DNA of 64,000 bases from Octopus sinensis (taxonomy: Eukaryota), in assembly GCF_006345805.1 (NCBI RefSeq), contig NC_043003.1, positions 99,200,001 to 99,264,000 on the forward strand, written 5' to 3'. The translations under genes were made by a program, and so were the position numbers. The stretch's first letter is position 1. Each line of letters starts with the position of its first letter. Shown here piece after piece: positions 63,933-64,000 of the stretch. The notes beneath the pieces are model-generated. The model searched no databases. It saw only the letters and a program-made list of their open reading frames with translations, and had not been told where the DNA came from.

Positions 63933-64000
63933 CACGGGGCGCTGAATAAATTGTCGTTTAAATTACTAAATTATGCAGAAATGAAAATAACACTAACATC
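63933..64000 (-). mobile_element. Terminus of a Tc1-like element (same family as 48608)
   Basis: TGAATAAATTGTCG...AAATGAAAATAACACTAACATC matches 48620-48668. Confidence 0.75.

Overview
This is AT-rich eukaryotic DNA that looks cephalopod (Octopus-like); that origin is inferred from my recollection of the SINE families and the extreme microsatellite density. I found no intact host protein-coding gene, rRNA, true tRNA gene or CRISPR array. The window is a mosaic of microsatellites and repeats. These include at least four tRNA-headed SINE types (several with 10-14 bp target-site duplications, TSDs), decayed LINEs (RTE, R4/Dong-like, L1/Tx1, CR1), Tc1/mariner relics, MITEs and non-autonomous Helitron-like elements. 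Almost all listed ORFs are microsatellite or repeat artefacts. The main signal is a set of type-I hammerhead ribozyme (HHR) motifs in several unrelated, mostly (TA)n-embedded, fold-back elements. The most striking is a young 598-bp unit arranged as two head-to-head, circularly permuted >1-mer arms (46346-47918). Each arm carries an HHR with a palindromic stem-III loop and an unusually long stem II, i.e. a Penelope-like/retrozyme-type system. All RNA folds were paired by eye; nothing was computed or database-searched.
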